Shown here one piece after another: positions 18,691 through 29,173 of a DNA stretch of 64,000 nucleotides. The stretch is from contig JBBRNT010000002.1 of assembly GCA_038230095.1 (NCBI GenBank), forward strand, positions 37,341-101,340, read 5' to 3'. Within the stretch, counting starts at the first letter, position 1. The number at the start of each line of letters is the position of its first letter. Position numbers and translations under genes: made by a program. Below the pieces are notes generated by a model. The model was not told the origin of the DNA. It did no database searches and saw only the letters and a program-made list of their open reading frames with translations. This stretch comes from Candidatus Saccharimonadia bacterium. Its GTDB lineage: Bacteria > Patescibacteriota > Saccharimonadia > UBA4664 > JBBRNT01.

Positions 18691-19416
18691 ATGTCAGCCA
18701 ACGAAGTACACACGAATACCGAAATAGCGCCTGTGGTGCCGGTGCACCTGGGTATTATTCTTGATGGCAATCGCCGGTGGGCGCGCGAACAGAACCTGCC
18801 TACTTTCAAGGGCCACCAAAAAGGCTACGAGAACCTAGTAACTATCGCGGAAGCCGCCTTGGCACGCGGAGTGCGGTACCTGACCGCATTTGTCTTCTCG
18901 ACCGAGAACTGGTCGCGAAGTGCCGACGAGGTCAAATACCTAATGGACCTGTTCCTGTGGGTGGCGGAGAAGGACTGGAAACGGCTGCATGATAAGAACA
19001 CCCGACTGCGCTTCATTGGCTCCCAGGACCAGCTGCCAGCCAAGCTGGTGGCTGCCATACGCAAGGTGGAGGACATTACCAGAGACAATACTGGTGGCGA
19101 TCTGGTACTGTGCCTTAACTATGGCGGTCAGCAAGAGATTGTACAGGCGACACAGGCTATCATGGCGGCTGGACTTAAGCCAGAAGAGCTTACCAAAGAC
19201 GTCTTTAGCCAGTACCTCTACGCGCCAGATGTACCGCCGGTAGATCTAGTAATTCGCACCTCTGGCGAGCAGCGGCTATCGAACTTCATGCTGTGGCGAA
19301 TTGCTTACTCGGAGATATACTTCGGCGCAGTGACACACTGGCCGGCCTTTACGGTGGGGGACCTAGACGCCGCTTTGGACGACTACGCGCGGCGACAACG
19401 CCGGTTCGGAAAATAA
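18691..19416 (+). CDS. uppS: Undecaprenyl pyrophosphate synthase
   Basis: HLGIILDGNRRWA...ENWSR...RTSGEQRLSNFMLWRIAYSEIYF are diagnostic cis-prenyltransferase motifs. Confidence 0.9.
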   Translation: MSANEVHTNTEIAPVVPVHLGIILDGNRRWAREQNLPTFKGHQKGYENLVTIAEAALARGVRYLTAFVFSTENWSRSADEVKYLMDLFLWVAEKDWKRLHDKNTRLRFIGSQDQLPAKLVAAIRKVEDITRDNTGGDLVLCLNYGGQQEIVQATQAIMAAGLKPEELTKDVFSQYLYAPDVPPVDLVIRTSGEQRLSNFMLWRIAYSEIYFGAVTHWPAFTVGDLDAALDDYARRQRRFGK

Positions 19417-19486
19417 CGGGCTCGGAGCATAGGCGGAATGGCTGAGGTTGAGTACAATAGCTAGAGCAGAATAGAAAGAGGGTAGT

Positions 19487-20560
19487 GTGATACTGATTGT
19501 GTTATTGGTAATTATTATTTTCGGAGTACTGGTGCTGAGTCACGAGTGGGGGCACTTTATGGCTGCCCGGCGCAATGGCGTAGAAGTGGAGGAATTTGGC
19601 TTCGGCTTTCCGCCGCGCATACTGGGAAAGAAGTTTGGTTCAACTCTGTACTCGGTGAATCTTCTCCCGTTGGGCGGTTTCGTCCGCCTGAAAGGCGAGG
19701 ACTCTAGTGACCGCGGTCCGGGAACATTTGGCAGCGCTACCTTCCCGGTTAAGCTGAAGATCCTGCTGGCAGGCGTAGGTATGAACGCACTCTTGGCCTA
19801 TCTTATACTGCTCTGGCTGTGCGCTACCGGCCTGCCACCGGTCCTGGACAACCAATTCACCATTGGCCACCCGACCTACGCGCAAGCTCGCGAAGTCATG
19901 GTGGCAGATGTGGGGGCTAGCACGCCAGCTGATAAGGCTGGAATAAAGCGAGGCGACTTCCTGCTGGCTGCCAATGGCACGCCACTGGTGGTGGAGAGCG
20001 ATCTGACCAACTTTACCCGGGCCAACGCCGGCAAGGAAGTAACGCTATCTATATCCCACAATGGGGTCAAGCGTGACACCACAATTACGCTACGGCCTCC
20101 GGAGCTGAAGAGCGGTTTTCTGGGCGTGACGCCAATTGTGACATACAAACTGCAATACGGATGGTGGTCGCCGGTGGAGGCATTAGGCCTGACGCTCCAG
20201 ATAGCTTGGGCGACAGTGCTGGCGTTTGTGGGGCTTATTGGCGGGCTATTTGCCCATGGGCGGATTGCCGATAATGTAACTGGTCCGGTAGGAATTACGG
20301 TGGTGCTAGGTGCGCTGGTACAGCTAGGTCTACCGTACGTATTGCTGATGGTGGCACAAATATCGTTGTCGCTTGCGGTAGTCAATGTCCTGCCACTACC
20401 TGCGCTGGACGGTGGCCGGTTTGCGCTCATTGCCTGGACGAAGGTGACCGGCCGAAAGCTGTCCGTCGCGCGCGAATCGCAGATTCATACCGTGGGCTTT
20501 GTGGCCCTCCTGGGACTAATGGTGGTAGTGACATTCCTCGACATACGGCGGCTGTTCTAG
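19487..20560 (+). CDS. rseP: RseP/Rip-family site-2 zinc metalloprotease with a PDZ domain
   Basis: HEWGH (HExxH) in the first TM helix, an internal PDZ domain, and a C-terminal LDGG motif. Confidence 0.8.
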   Translation: MILIVLLVIIIFGVLVLSHEWGHFMAARRNGVEVEEFGFGFPPRILGKKFGSTLYSVNLLPLGGFVRLKGEDSSDRGPGTFGSATFPVKLKILLAGVGMNALLAYLILLWLCATGLPPVLDNQFTIGHPTYAQAREVMVADVGASTPADKAGIKRGDFLLAANGTPLVVESDLTNFTRANAGKEVTLSISHNGVKRDTTITLRPPELKSGFLGVTPIVTYKLQYGWWSPVEALGLTLQIAWATVLAFVGLIGGLFAHGRIADNVTGPVGITVVLGALVQLGLPYVLLMVAQISLSLAVVNVLPLPALDGGRFALIAWTKVTGRKLSVARESQIHTVGFVALLGLMVVVTFLDIRRLF

Positions 20561-21309
20561 TGTTCGACGCCTTTCTGGGCAAGGCCAAGGTGCCAGCACT
20601 ACGCGTGCCTTGGAAAATTCGTGACTCGTTTATTGTATTCTTTGTAGCGTGGTTGGGCGCGGAACTGGTAGCGCTGATCGCCCTGAAGTCGCTTGCGCAC
20701 CGTCTAGCCTGGGCCCAGACGGCGTACAATGCCCTGCTGAGCGGCAATATATACGCCAGCTTTACAACGTACCTGCTGTCGGCAATTATTGGCCTGTCGC
20801 TGGTAGCTTACTTTGTTCGTCGCAATCGTGCCAGTCTGGCCGATCTAGGACTACGGCCCTTTAACGTGGTGTCGGCGATTACACTCATACTTGCTATCTA
20901 CATTGGGTTTAGCATAATGATTGGCTTCCTATTTGTGCTCATTACCGTGCTTGTGCCCAGCTTCAATGCAAACCAGGCGCAAAGTAATGACTTTACCACA
21001 CCAGCTACGGGAGTGGCCGCCGAGCTGAGCCTGTTTGCGCTGGTGATTGTGCCGGCGGTGCTTGAAGAGGTGGTATTCCGCGGCTTCATGTTCTCGGCCA
21101 TGGCCACGCGCTGGGGTACAGTGGGTGGCGCAGTAGCTTCCAGTGCACTGTTTGCGCTGGCGCACGGCCAGTGGAACGCCATTGTCTACACCTTCGTGCT
21201 TGGTCTGCTATTATGTTTGATGTATCGGCGGCTTGGCAGTATTTGGCCGGGCATGCTACTCCATGCCATTAATAACTATATTGCCTTCAGTGCCCTTGTT
21301 CATAAGTAA
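20560..21309 (+). CDS. CPBP (CAAX protease / Abi) family intramembrane metalloprotease
   Basis: EEVVFRG..F...A.....FALAHG motifs in a polytopic membrane protein. Confidence 0.7.
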   Translation: MFDAFLGKAKVPALRVPWKIRDSFIVFFVAWLGAELVALIALKSLAHRLAWAQTAYNALLSGNIYASFTTYLLSAIIGLSLVAYFVRRNRASLADLGLRPFNVVSAITLILAIYIGFSIMIGFLFVLITVLVPSFNANQAQSNDFTTPATGVAAELSLFALVIVPAVLEEVVFRGFMFSAMATRWGTVGGAVASSALFALAHGQWNAIVYTFVLGLLLCLMYRRLGSIWPGMLLHAINNYIAFSALVHK

Positions 21310-21315
21310 GGAACT

Positions 21316-22563
21316 ATGATGAAACTGTCTCAGAGCTTTGCCCGACCATCCAAGTCCGTGCCAGACCTAGATACTGCCAATGCTCGCTTGCTGGTGCAGG
21401 CTGGGTTTGTCGACCAGCTCATGGCCGGTGTGTACTCGTACCTGCCAATGGGGCTGCGGGTACTACGCAAGATAGAGCAGATTGTTCGCGAAGAGATGAA
21501 TGGCATCGGAGGGCAGGAAGTGCTCATGCCGGGTCTGCACCCACGCGCCAACTGGGAGACTACTGGTGGCTGGGATAAGGTAGATGTGCTATTTAAGATT
21601 AAGAGCCGCACGGACAATGACTACGCCCTAGCCCAGAGCGCTGAGGAGATTGTGACGCCCTTGGTGATGAGCCGCGCTGTAAGCTACCGTGACCTACCGC
21701 TTGCAACCTATCAGATCGCCTGGAAGTTCCGTGATGAGCTACGCGCCAAGTCCGGTATCCTCCGTGGCCGCGAGTTCCTAATGAAAGACATGTATAGCTT
21801 CCATACGACTCAAGAAGACTTTCTGCGTTACTACGAGTCTGTGAAGCAGGCTTATCTACGGGTTTACGACCGACTGGGGCTTGTCGCGAAGGTGACAGAG
21901 GCGTCTGGCGGAAACTTTACTGAGAAAATATCCTACGAGTTTGAGGTTTTGACCGATGCTGGCGAAGACGTCATATACTACTGCGAAAAGTGCGACTTTG
22001 CGGTAGAGGATGAGATTGCCAAGGTGAAGCCGGGAGATGTCTGTCCACGCTGTGGCAAAGGCACCCTGAAAGAGGGCAAGTCTGCCGAGGTTGGCAATGT
22101 GTTTGATCTAGGCCAGAAGTTCGGCCAGGACTTCGATCTACCATTCGTAGACGAGAACAATCAACGGAACTATCCCTTCATGGGCTGCTACGGCATAGGC
22201 ATTACCCGAGTGATGGGTGTCATTGTAGAGAAGTACAATGATGAGAGTGGCATTATCTGGCCTGCCAGTGTAGCGCCATTTGCGGTCCACCTGGTACGCC
22301 TTGGGGATGATGAGGCGGTGGTGGCTGCGGCCGACAAGCTGTATGGCGATCTCGAAAAAGCCGGCATCGAAGTGCTGTACGACGACCGGGACCAACCGGC
22401 CGGGGCCAAGTTTGCTACCGCTGACCTTATCGGCTGCCCACAGCGGGTGACTATCTCGAAACGCACCCTGGAAAACGGGGAAGTAGAGCTCAAGGCCCGC
22501 GCAAGCGAAGACACTGTCATGGTGGCGCTGGCGGCTGTTGTGTCCAAACTAGCCCAAAAATAA
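21316..22563 (+). CDS. proS: Prolyl-tRNA synthetase (short form, no INS editing domain)
   Basis: Class-II core motifs, GCYGIGITRVMG motif 3. 415 aa, with a CxxC...CxxC insertion (YYCEKCDF..CPRCGKG). Confidence 0.85.
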   Translation: MMKLSQSFARPSKSVPDLDTANARLLVQAGFVDQLMAGVYSYLPMGLRVLRKIEQIVREEMNGIGGQEVLMPGLHPRANWETTGGWDKVDVLFKIKSRTDNDYALAQSAEEIVTPLVMSRAVSYRDLPLATYQIAWKFRDELRAKSGILRGREFLMKDMYSFHTTQEDFLRYYESVKQAYLRVYDRLGLVAKVTEASGGNFTEKISYEFEVLTDAGEDVIYYCEKCDFAVEDEIAKVKPGDVCPRCGKGTLKEGKSAEVGNVFDLGQKFGQDFDLPFVDENNQRNYPFMGCYGIGITRVMGVIVEKYNDESGIIWPASVAPFAVHLVRLGDDEAVVAAADKLYGDLEKAGIEVLYDDRDQPAGAKFATADLIGCPQRVTISKRTLENGEVELKARASEDTVMVALAAVVSKLAQK

Positions 22564-23096
22564 TCGCCCCAGTCTGGCGCGAGGCAAGAATGAGGCAGGG
22601 GTGTGGCGTGGTGTTGATCGGCTGATTGTTGGGCTTGGTGTGAGAGGCGCGGATAATGGATGTAGCAACACTTGGTGAGGCTATGAGCCGATGAGCAGCG
22701 CTCTATCTTCTGTACCACGCGTGTCACATATGATAGTCGCGACTATCGGGGCACGGGGAACCAGCCACGCTCGGCAAGGGTCACACCTAGGGCCCGTAGC
22801 GTTTCCCTCTCCGTCTTGGTGTAACTTCCCAATTAATATTGGGAGTTTTCGTGTCGAGGTAGTCTGCTAGGGTGCCCCCGGTGATCTTGGCGCCTTTGAG
22901 TAAGCGCAGTGCCGTATCCACTATCATCGAGATGATGATGGCCAGACACACACCAATAATTTCTGATTTTGAGGTACGTCGCATGGGACACCTTTCGGTC
23001 GAGGAGCTGCACTAGTTGTAGCATGTTTGGGTTTACCCGTACAGTATCCTCAAGAAATAGCCCCTTCACCAGATAAATGGTAAAGGGGCAAAACTG

Positions 23097-23612
23097 CTAC
23101 GGGATGTAAATAGCTTTGAGCAGGAGAGTAAGACAGAAGATCGCCCCTGCCGTGGCGACAAGCCGCAGGACCAAGCAGACTGCAAGAGAATGCTTATTAG
23201 CGGCTAACAGCGCCATCAGCCTCAAGGCAGTTGCGGTTACCCAAAAGGCCGCTATAGACCCGGCCATATTGGTGAAGGTGTTGTGCCCGCCAAAGTTGTT
23301 ACCTACAAAGGCCCACACACCCAGCGCAAGGATGACGGCAAGCAGGAACCGGTAGTAGCCTACAGAGACCAAGTTGCGGTTGGCGGTGGCCCGAGACGGC
23401 CTTAGCGTCGGCATGGGGTAGTGGGAGACCGAGGGCTCGCTGAAGGAGGCATTTGCTGGAGCGGGCTCCTGGGAAGCAAAGTCATACATGGCGTAGGAAG
23501 AATGCTGTGGCCGATAGGGCTCAGCCACTTCGCTGCGTTCGCCGGAGTGCCAGGCCTTAATCATGGCAATGAGCTCGGCCTCGAAAGGGTCCTGATGGGG
23601 TGCGTCATCCAC
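23097..23612 (-). CDS. Hypothetical membrane protein
   Basis: Acidic N-terminus then three or four TM helices. The downstream hairpin (gcccctt...aaggggc + T-rich) at about 23056-23092 acts as its terminator. Confidence 0.5.
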   Translation of the reverse strand: MDDAPHQDPFEAELIAMIKAWHSGERSEVAEPYRPQHSSYAMYDFASQEPAPANASFSEPSVSHYPMPTLRPSRATANRNLVSVGYYRFLLAVILALGVWAFVGNNFGGHNTFTNMAGSIAAFWVTATALRLMALLAANKHSLAVCLVLRLVATAGAIFCLTLLLKAIYIP

Positions 23613-23854
23613 GAAAGTCTCCTGTCAATCGAGAGAATGATCATATTATACGCTTTTTGGGTGGTTATGGATACATAAAAGGGATCGATATGGCATATTG
23701 AACACAATAGTTATACTCATAAGAAGACCCGAGAATCTCAGCTGTTTGACAGGCTGGCCTGAACACAAGAGTTGTGCTTGTGGTTGCTAGCCAGTCCTGA
23801 TAAACTGAAGGGGTGGTAAGGCTATTTTTGCAACAAAATACGCCAAATTTAGGT

Positions 23855-23875
23855 ATTGAAAACCTGGTTTTCAAT
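23855..23875. promoter_or_regulatory. Perfect 21-bp palindrome ATTGAAAACC-T-GGTTTTCAAT upstream of mreB
   Basis: Exact inverted repeat about 30-50 nt upstream of the mreB start, in an AT-rich intergenic region. Operator-like. Confidence 0.3.
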
Positions 23876-23901
23876 GTCCATATTGGCTTATTTCAGATGG
23901 G

Positions 23902-24963
23902 GTGCCGCTGGTGATTAATCGCATCCTAGGCATGTTTAGTCACGATATTGGTATAGACCTGGGCACTGCCAATACGCTGGTCTATGTGAAGGGCAAGGGC
24001 ATTGTAATAAACGAGCCAAGCGTTGTGGCTATCAATGTGAAGACCAGCCAGGTACTGGCTATTGGCGATGAGGCCAAGAAGATGGTAGGCAAGACGCCGG
24101 CCTCCATTGTGGCGACACGGCCGCTGGTGGACGGGGTAGTGAGTGATTTCGAGGTGACCGAGCAAATGCTCCGCTACTTCATAGACAAGGTCCATAAGGA
24201 GAGCTTTACACTCTTCCCTCGTCCGCGGGTAGTTATAGGGATACCATCCGGTGTGACTGAGGTAGAAAAGCGAGCGGTAGAGGATGCGGCAACCAACGCC
24301 GGGGCTCGACAGGCCTTTCTGATCGAGGAGCCGATGGCGGCGGCTATTGGAAGCCGTTTGCCGATCCAAGACGCAGCCGGGAGCATGATAGTAGACATTG
24401 GTGGGGGTACAACTGAAGTAGCGGTTATCTCGCTTGGTGGTATCGTGGCGTCTCGGAGCCTGCGAACCGCTGGGGATGAACTGAATGACGATATTATCCA
24501 GTTTGCGCGCGACGAATTTAGCCTCCAGATTGGGGAGCGGACAGCGGAGAACATTAAGCTAGCAATTGGCTCGGCATACCCGACGGCTGGGCTTAGCGAG
24601 GCGCCGATGCGCGGGCGTGATCTGGTAAGTGGGCTACCAAAGGAAATTATTGTTAACGGCGACCAGATCCGCCAGGCACTGGCCAAAAGCGTACGAGAGA
24701 TTATAGAGGCTATTAAGATAACCATCGAGGAGACACCACCCGAGCTCCTTGCCGATATTATGGACCGCGGGATTGTTCTTGCTGGTGGTGGTGCTTTGCT
24801 GCGCGGCCTTGACGAGCTAATAATCCGTGAGACCAAAATGCCGGTTCATGTAGCAGACGATCCGCTTACTGCCGTAGCGCGCGGGACTGGCTTGGTACTT
24901 GAAGACATTGATTCGCTCAAAGAGGTACTTGTACCGACGCAATTTGGAAAAATTCCACGCTAG
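23902..24963 (+). CDS. mreB: Rod-shape-determining actin homologue MreB
   Basis: GMFSHDIGIDLGTANTLVYV N-terminus. Actin/Hsp70 fold motifs. Confidence 0.9.
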   Translation: MPLVINRILGMFSHDIGIDLGTANTLVYVKGKGIVINEPSVVAINVKTSQVLAIGDEAKKMVGKTPASIVATRPLVDGVVSDFEVTEQMLRYFIDKVHKESFTLFPRPRVVIGIPSGVTEVEKRAVEDAATNAGARQAFLIEEPMAAAIGSRLPIQDAAGSMIVDIGGGTTEVAVISLGGIVASRSLRTAGDELNDDIIQFARDEFSLQIGERTAENIKLAIGSAYPTAGLSEAPMRGRDLVSGLPKEIIVNGDQIRQALAKSVREIIEAIKITIEETPPELLADIMDRGIVLAGGGALLRGLDELIIRETKMPVHVADDPLTAVARGTGLVLEDIDSLKEVLVPTQFGKIPR

Positions 24964-24975
24964 GAAGGGGGCCCT

Positions 24976-25770
24976 ATGAAACAACGAGGCCGTCGGACCA
25001 TGATTGTGGTGATAGCAGCCGGCATAGCCCTGTTGTGGGCCAATCAGCTCGGACTGCTTAACCCAGTAAAAGCGGTGCTGAGCTATGCTCTGACGCCGGT
25101 ACAGCGGGTGTTTGCCGGCGCCGGTAGCGGTGTGGGCGGCTTTCTCGGTACGGTTACGCAGATCCGTACGCTAGCGGATAGCAATGCTCATCTGGAGCAG
25201 CAGATAGGCGAGCTGCGCCGGCAGCTGAGCGACGATACCGAACTGCGGCGGGAGAACGAGTCTCTGCGCCACCAGCTCAATTTCGGAACCACACCGATAG
25301 CAAGCCTCATACCTGCGCAGGTGGTGGCGTACCAATCGGACAACTTCCGTCAATTCCTGACGATCAATCGCGGTTCGCGCGATGGCCTGAAAGAGGGCAT
25401 GGCAGTGGTCAGCGAGGGCTACCTTGTGGGAAAGATTACCGAAGTCATGCCGGCCAGCGCCAAGGTATTCCTGGTGGTGGACCCGGCCTTTCGGGTAAAT
25501 GCTATCGACCAATCGAGCCGTGCGTCTGGCACCATCCACGGCCAGATTGGTAACGGGCTGGTGATGGACAAAGTGGCACAAAGCGACCAGATAGCCGTGG
25601 GAGACACTATTATCACCAGCGGCTTGGCGGGGGATCTACCCCCTGGCCTCCTGGTGGGCCGAGTCGAGAGTGTATCGAGCAAAGACAATGCCGTATTCCA
25701 GTCGGCTCAGGTTACCAGCGCATTGAAGTTCTCGAAAATTGAGCTGGTATTTGCGGTGGGCGGCTCATGA
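24976..25770 (+). CDS. mreC: Rod-shape-determining protein MreC
   Basis: N-terminal TM, coiled coil, beta-rich C-domain. Position between mreB and mreD. Confidence 0.8.
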   Translation: MKQRGRRTMIVVIAAGIALLWANQLGLLNPVKAVLSYALTPVQRVFAGAGSGVGGFLGTVTQIRTLADSNAHLEQQIGELRRQLSDDTELRRENESLRHQLNFGTTPIASLIPAQVVAYQSDNFRQFLTINRGSRDGLKEGMAVVSEGYLVGKITEVMPASAKVFLVVDPAFRVNAIDQSSRASGTIHGQIGNGLVMDKVAQSDQIAVGDTIITSGLAGDLPPGLLVGRVESVSSKDNAVFQSAQVTSALKFSKIELVFAVGGS

Positions 25771-26276
25771 GGCGGGTTTGGCTAATTGGTGGCCTCGTGC
25801 TAGCCTTTCTGTTTCAGGTGAGCTTCTTCGGGGCGGCTCACTTACTGGGGGTAGCGCCAAATATTCTGCTAGTTGCGGTAGTCTTACTCGTGCCGGTACT
25901 GGCGCCCCCGGAGCTGGTAGCTACCGCGGTAGGGATTGGGTTTGTGCTTGATATGGTGAGCGGTGCGGACTTCGGCCTGCGAACGGCGTTCTTCGTCATG
26001 GCGGCTCTGGCTCTGCTCGTATTACGTAACAGCGGAGTGGATAGTGAGCGGCCAGTGACAGCGCTACTACTCATACTGGCGGCTGGTCTAGCCTACAATG
26101 TCGTTATCGCCACTGGCCTGGTGGCTAGCGGCACCTTTCCTGCACCGTGGACCATTCTGAGCCTTGGCCTGCGCGAATTTATTCTGGATGCGGTATGCCT
26201 AGTGGTACTGCGTTTCTGGGTAGTGCTGCTGGGACGTGAGGGTGGCACACTGCCTATCCGAAGGCGCGCGCTATGA
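25767..26276 (+). CDS. mreD: Rod-shape-determining protein MreD
   Basis: Small polytopic membrane protein overlapping mreC and mrdA. Position-based call. Confidence 0.6.
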   Translation: MRRVWLIGGLVLAFLFQVSFFGAAHLLGVAPNILLVAVVLLVPVLAPPELVATAVGIGFVLDMVSGADFGLRTAFFVMAALALLVLRNSGVDSERPVTALLLILAAGLAYNVVIATGLVASGTFPAPWTILSLGLREFILDAVCLVVLRFWVVLLGREGGTLPIRRRAL

Positions 26277-28264
26277 GCACGGGACCACTATTCGGCTATG
26301 CCGGCGAGACCAGGCCACGCGCCGGTCGGGCAACAATTGTGCGGGATGGTGGCGACCACGAGCGCTGGACTGATGGGTTTATGCCTAGCAATGCAGATGC
26401 GGGCGTAGTGGAAGAGACGCCAGCCGCGAAGCGCCCGCTTCTGGTGCTAATTGGCCTAACTCTGCTGATAATGGCCGTGCTGATGACGAAGCTCTTTAGC
26501 CTACAGATTAACCAAGGTGAGCGCAATCTGGGGCTTGCCAATGGCAACCGAATCCGAGGCAAGGTACTGCGGGCGCCGCGGGGGGTTATCTACGACCGTA
26601 ATGGCGGTGTGCTAGTGCGCAATACAGCCAATTTCGATCTAACTGTGGTGCCATCTATGCTACCGAAGGACCGTCCGGCGCGTGACGCATTGTATACCAA
26701 GGTAGCGGCTATGCTGGGACGGACGCCTGAAGAGATTGCTGCGGCACCGGAGAAGGTTCTGGCTAATCTCAAAAATGCTTCGGGCTGGGCGGCCCCACAG
26801 CTGGTGCTGAGCGGCCTTGCCCGAGACCAAGCGCTGGTGCTCGACCAAGGCTCTCTGGACATGCCTGGCTTTAGCCTGGACGTAAACCCGGTTCGGGAGT
26901 ACCTGGACGGTGGCGTCCTCTCGGCATTTCTGGGCTATACTGGGCGCATTAGTCCAGAAGAGTACACGGCCCACCCTGACGCGTACCTGCCGACTGACTA
27001 TATAGGCAAGCTTGGCCTGGAAAAGCAGTACGAGTCGACGCTTCGAGGTGAAAACGGCAGTGAGCAGACTGAGGTGGATGCCGCGGGCCATCCGATCCGC
27101 CTGCTCGCAAGTAAGCCTGCCGTGCCCGGCAATAGTGTGGTGCTCACGATTGACCGGGGCCTACAGGCGAAGCTCGCAGAGAGCCTGCAGAAGCAGCTGG
27201 CTGCCTCGGGATCGCACAAGGGGAGTGCAATAGCGCTGGACCCTCGTAATGGCGATGTTCTGGCTGCCGTCAGCCTACCTAGCTATGACAACAACCTATT
27301 TAGCCGGGGGATTTCCCAAGCCGATTACCAACGCCTGGTGAACGACCCCGGCCAACCACTATTTAATAAGGCCACTATGGGGGGGTATCCCTCTGGTTCG
27401 ATTATTAAGCCCCTTATCGGCTCGGCTGCGTTACAGGAGGGGGTAATAACGCCATCAACTACTGTTGAGGACAAGGGGAGTCTCCAGGTTAAAAACCCCT
27501 ATAATCCGGACATTACCTATACCTTTAATGGCTGGGAAAAGGGTGGACTGGGAGTGGTCAGCATCTATCGTGCGATTGCCATGAGCTCCGACATTTTCTT
27601 CTATGTGGTGGGCGGAGGCTACGCCAATATTAACGGTCTGGGAGTGAACCGACTGGCCAGCTACTACCAGAAATTTGGTCTGGGGACCAAGACCGGGGTA
27701 GACCTGCCGGAAGAGTCTAGTGGCCGGGTGCCGACACCAGACTGGAAGCAGCGGATCATAAAGGAGCCATGGTACACCGGCGATACCTATAATATTTCGG
27801 TCGGACAAGGCGATATTCTGGTCTCGCCACTCCAGATGGCAACGGCGATCGCGGCGGTGGCGAACGGTGGCACGCTCTACAAACCACACTTCCTGAAAGA
27901 CATTGTGGACGAGCAGGGGCAGATACAAAAGGTAGCCGCCTCAGAAGTGGTCCGTAGGGGCTTTATAAGCGCGGCCAATTTGACGGTGGTGCGTGAGGCT
28001 ATGCGCCAAACTGTAACCTCCGGTACGGCATGCTGCATTATGGAGCAGCAAGTGCCGGTACACGTGGCAGGCAAGACCGGCACTGCGGAGACTGATCCTG
28101 GCGGCAACCGTAAACCGCATGCCTGGTTCGAAGCCTTCGCGCCATATGAGGACCCCAAGATAGTGGTGGTAGCTATGGTGGAGAACAGCGGTGAGGGTGC
28201 CGAGTATGCGGTACCGGCGGTGCGCGAGACGCTGGCGTGGTACTTTAGCCAGCCGAGAAACTAG
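26273..28264 (+). CDS. mrdA: Penicillin-binding protein 2 (elongasome transpeptidase)
   Basis: N-terminal TM, PBP dimerisation domain, transpeptidase SxxK (SIIK), SxN, KTG motifs. Confidence 0.85.
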   Translation: MSTGPLFGYAGETRPRAGRATIVRDGGDHERWTDGFMPSNADAGVVEETPAAKRPLLVLIGLTLLIMAVLMTKLFSLQINQGERNLGLANGNRIRGKVLRAPRGVIYDRNGGVLVRNTANFDLTVVPSMLPKDRPARDALYTKVAAMLGRTPEEIAAAPEKVLANLKNASGWAAPQLVLSGLARDQALVLDQGSLDMPGFSLDVNPVREYLDGGVLSAFLGYTGRISPEEYTAHPDAYLPTDYIGKLGLEKQYESTLRGENGSEQTEVDAAGHPIRLLASKPAVPGNSVVLTIDRGLQAKLAESLQKQLAASGSHKGSAIALDPRNGDVLAAVSLPSYDNNLFSRGISQADYQRLVNDPGQPLFNKATMGGYPSGSIIKPLIGSAALQEGVITPSTTVEDKGSLQVKNPYNPDITYTFNGWEKGGLGVVSIYRAIAMSSDIFFYVVGGGYANINGLGVNRLASYYQKFGLGTKTGVDLPEESSGRVPTPDWKQRIIKEPWYTGDTYNISVGQGDILVSPLQMATAIAAVANGGTLYKPHFLKDIVDEQGQIQKVAASEVVRRGFISAANLTVVREAMRQTVTSGTACCIMEQQVPVHVAGKTGTAETDPGGNRKPHAWFEAFAPYEDPKIVVVAMVENSGEGAEYAVPAVRETLAWYFSQPRN

Positions 28265-28491
28265 CCCCATGCATAGTATGACAAGATACGTCTTATGCTA
28301 TCTCACAATTTTGAATACTGGCGCTCAAGGTTCTTTTGACGTCTGACGCTATTGACACCAGCGGTGTCTTCCGCGAAAATCAGTCAGGATAAAACAACAT
28401 ACGCATAAAAACCAGCTAGGGTTAACCGCATTTCTCGAGATAGCTCGGGTATTTTTTTACGCTTTTACCGCCAAGTTCAGGAGGAACAACC

Positions 28492-28959
28492 ATGCAGACG
28501 ACCAAAAAAGACTACTTTCTAACCAGCGAAGGCATTGCCAAGCTGCGTGAGGACTTGCACGATCTGACTACTACCCAGCGCCATGAAGTGGCTGCAAAAC
28601 TGAAAGAAGCCAAAGAGTATGGCGACTTGAGTGAGAATATTCAGTGGGATGACGCCAAAGACCGCCAGGCATTTATAGAAGGCCGGATTGCAGAAGTCGA
28701 AAACATTCTCAAGCACTCAGTAATGATTGAAGTAACTGAGAGCGATTCTGTTACGCTCGGCTCCACTGTCCACCTTATACTCGAAGACGGTGAGCAGCAC
28801 TACACAATTGTAGGCTCGACAGAGGCTAACCCAGATGAGGGTAAGATCTCCAATGAGTCGCCAATTGGTATGGCACTGATGGGTAAGAAAAAAGGTGAGG
28901 AAGTGGAAGTCCAGGTACCATCCGGCACCATGACCTACAAGATTAAACACGTAGCCTAG
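28492..28959 (+). CDS. greA: Transcription elongation factor GreA
   Basis: N-terminal coiled coil with acidic tip (EYGDLSENIQWDDAK) and a C-terminal FKBP-like domain. SD AGGAGGAA upstream. Confidence 0.85.
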   Translation: MQTTKKDYFLTSEGIAKLREDLHDLTTTQRHEVAAKLKEAKEYGDLSENIQWDDAKDRQAFIEGRIAEVENILKHSVMIEVTESDSVTLGSTVHLILEDGEQHYTIVGSTEANPDEGKISNESPIGMALMGKKKGEEVEVQVPSGTMTYKIKHVA

Positions 28960-29173
28960 TGCGAGCCGGCGTTCTGGGCGGTAAGCCCACCGTCAGACCG
29001 TCCATCGCTCCATCGCCGTACCCGTATATGTCTTAGTCCGCTACATGGGTTTACCTTGAACCTCCATTTACCAGACCGCTTGCCTGATATGAATGAGTGG
29101 AAAATGAAAAGAGCGATGAACTGAAGAGTTCGTCGCTCTTTGGTATGGGCTAGGGGAGGCGCTGGAGAAGGCG

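Noticed and set aside
22787-23069. Two overlapping minus-strand ORFs (65 and 78 aa) in the proS downstream gap
   Set aside because: Mutually exclusive frames with no SD and no motif. The 65-aa one has a hydrophobic stretch and could be a small membrane protein, but I could not support it.
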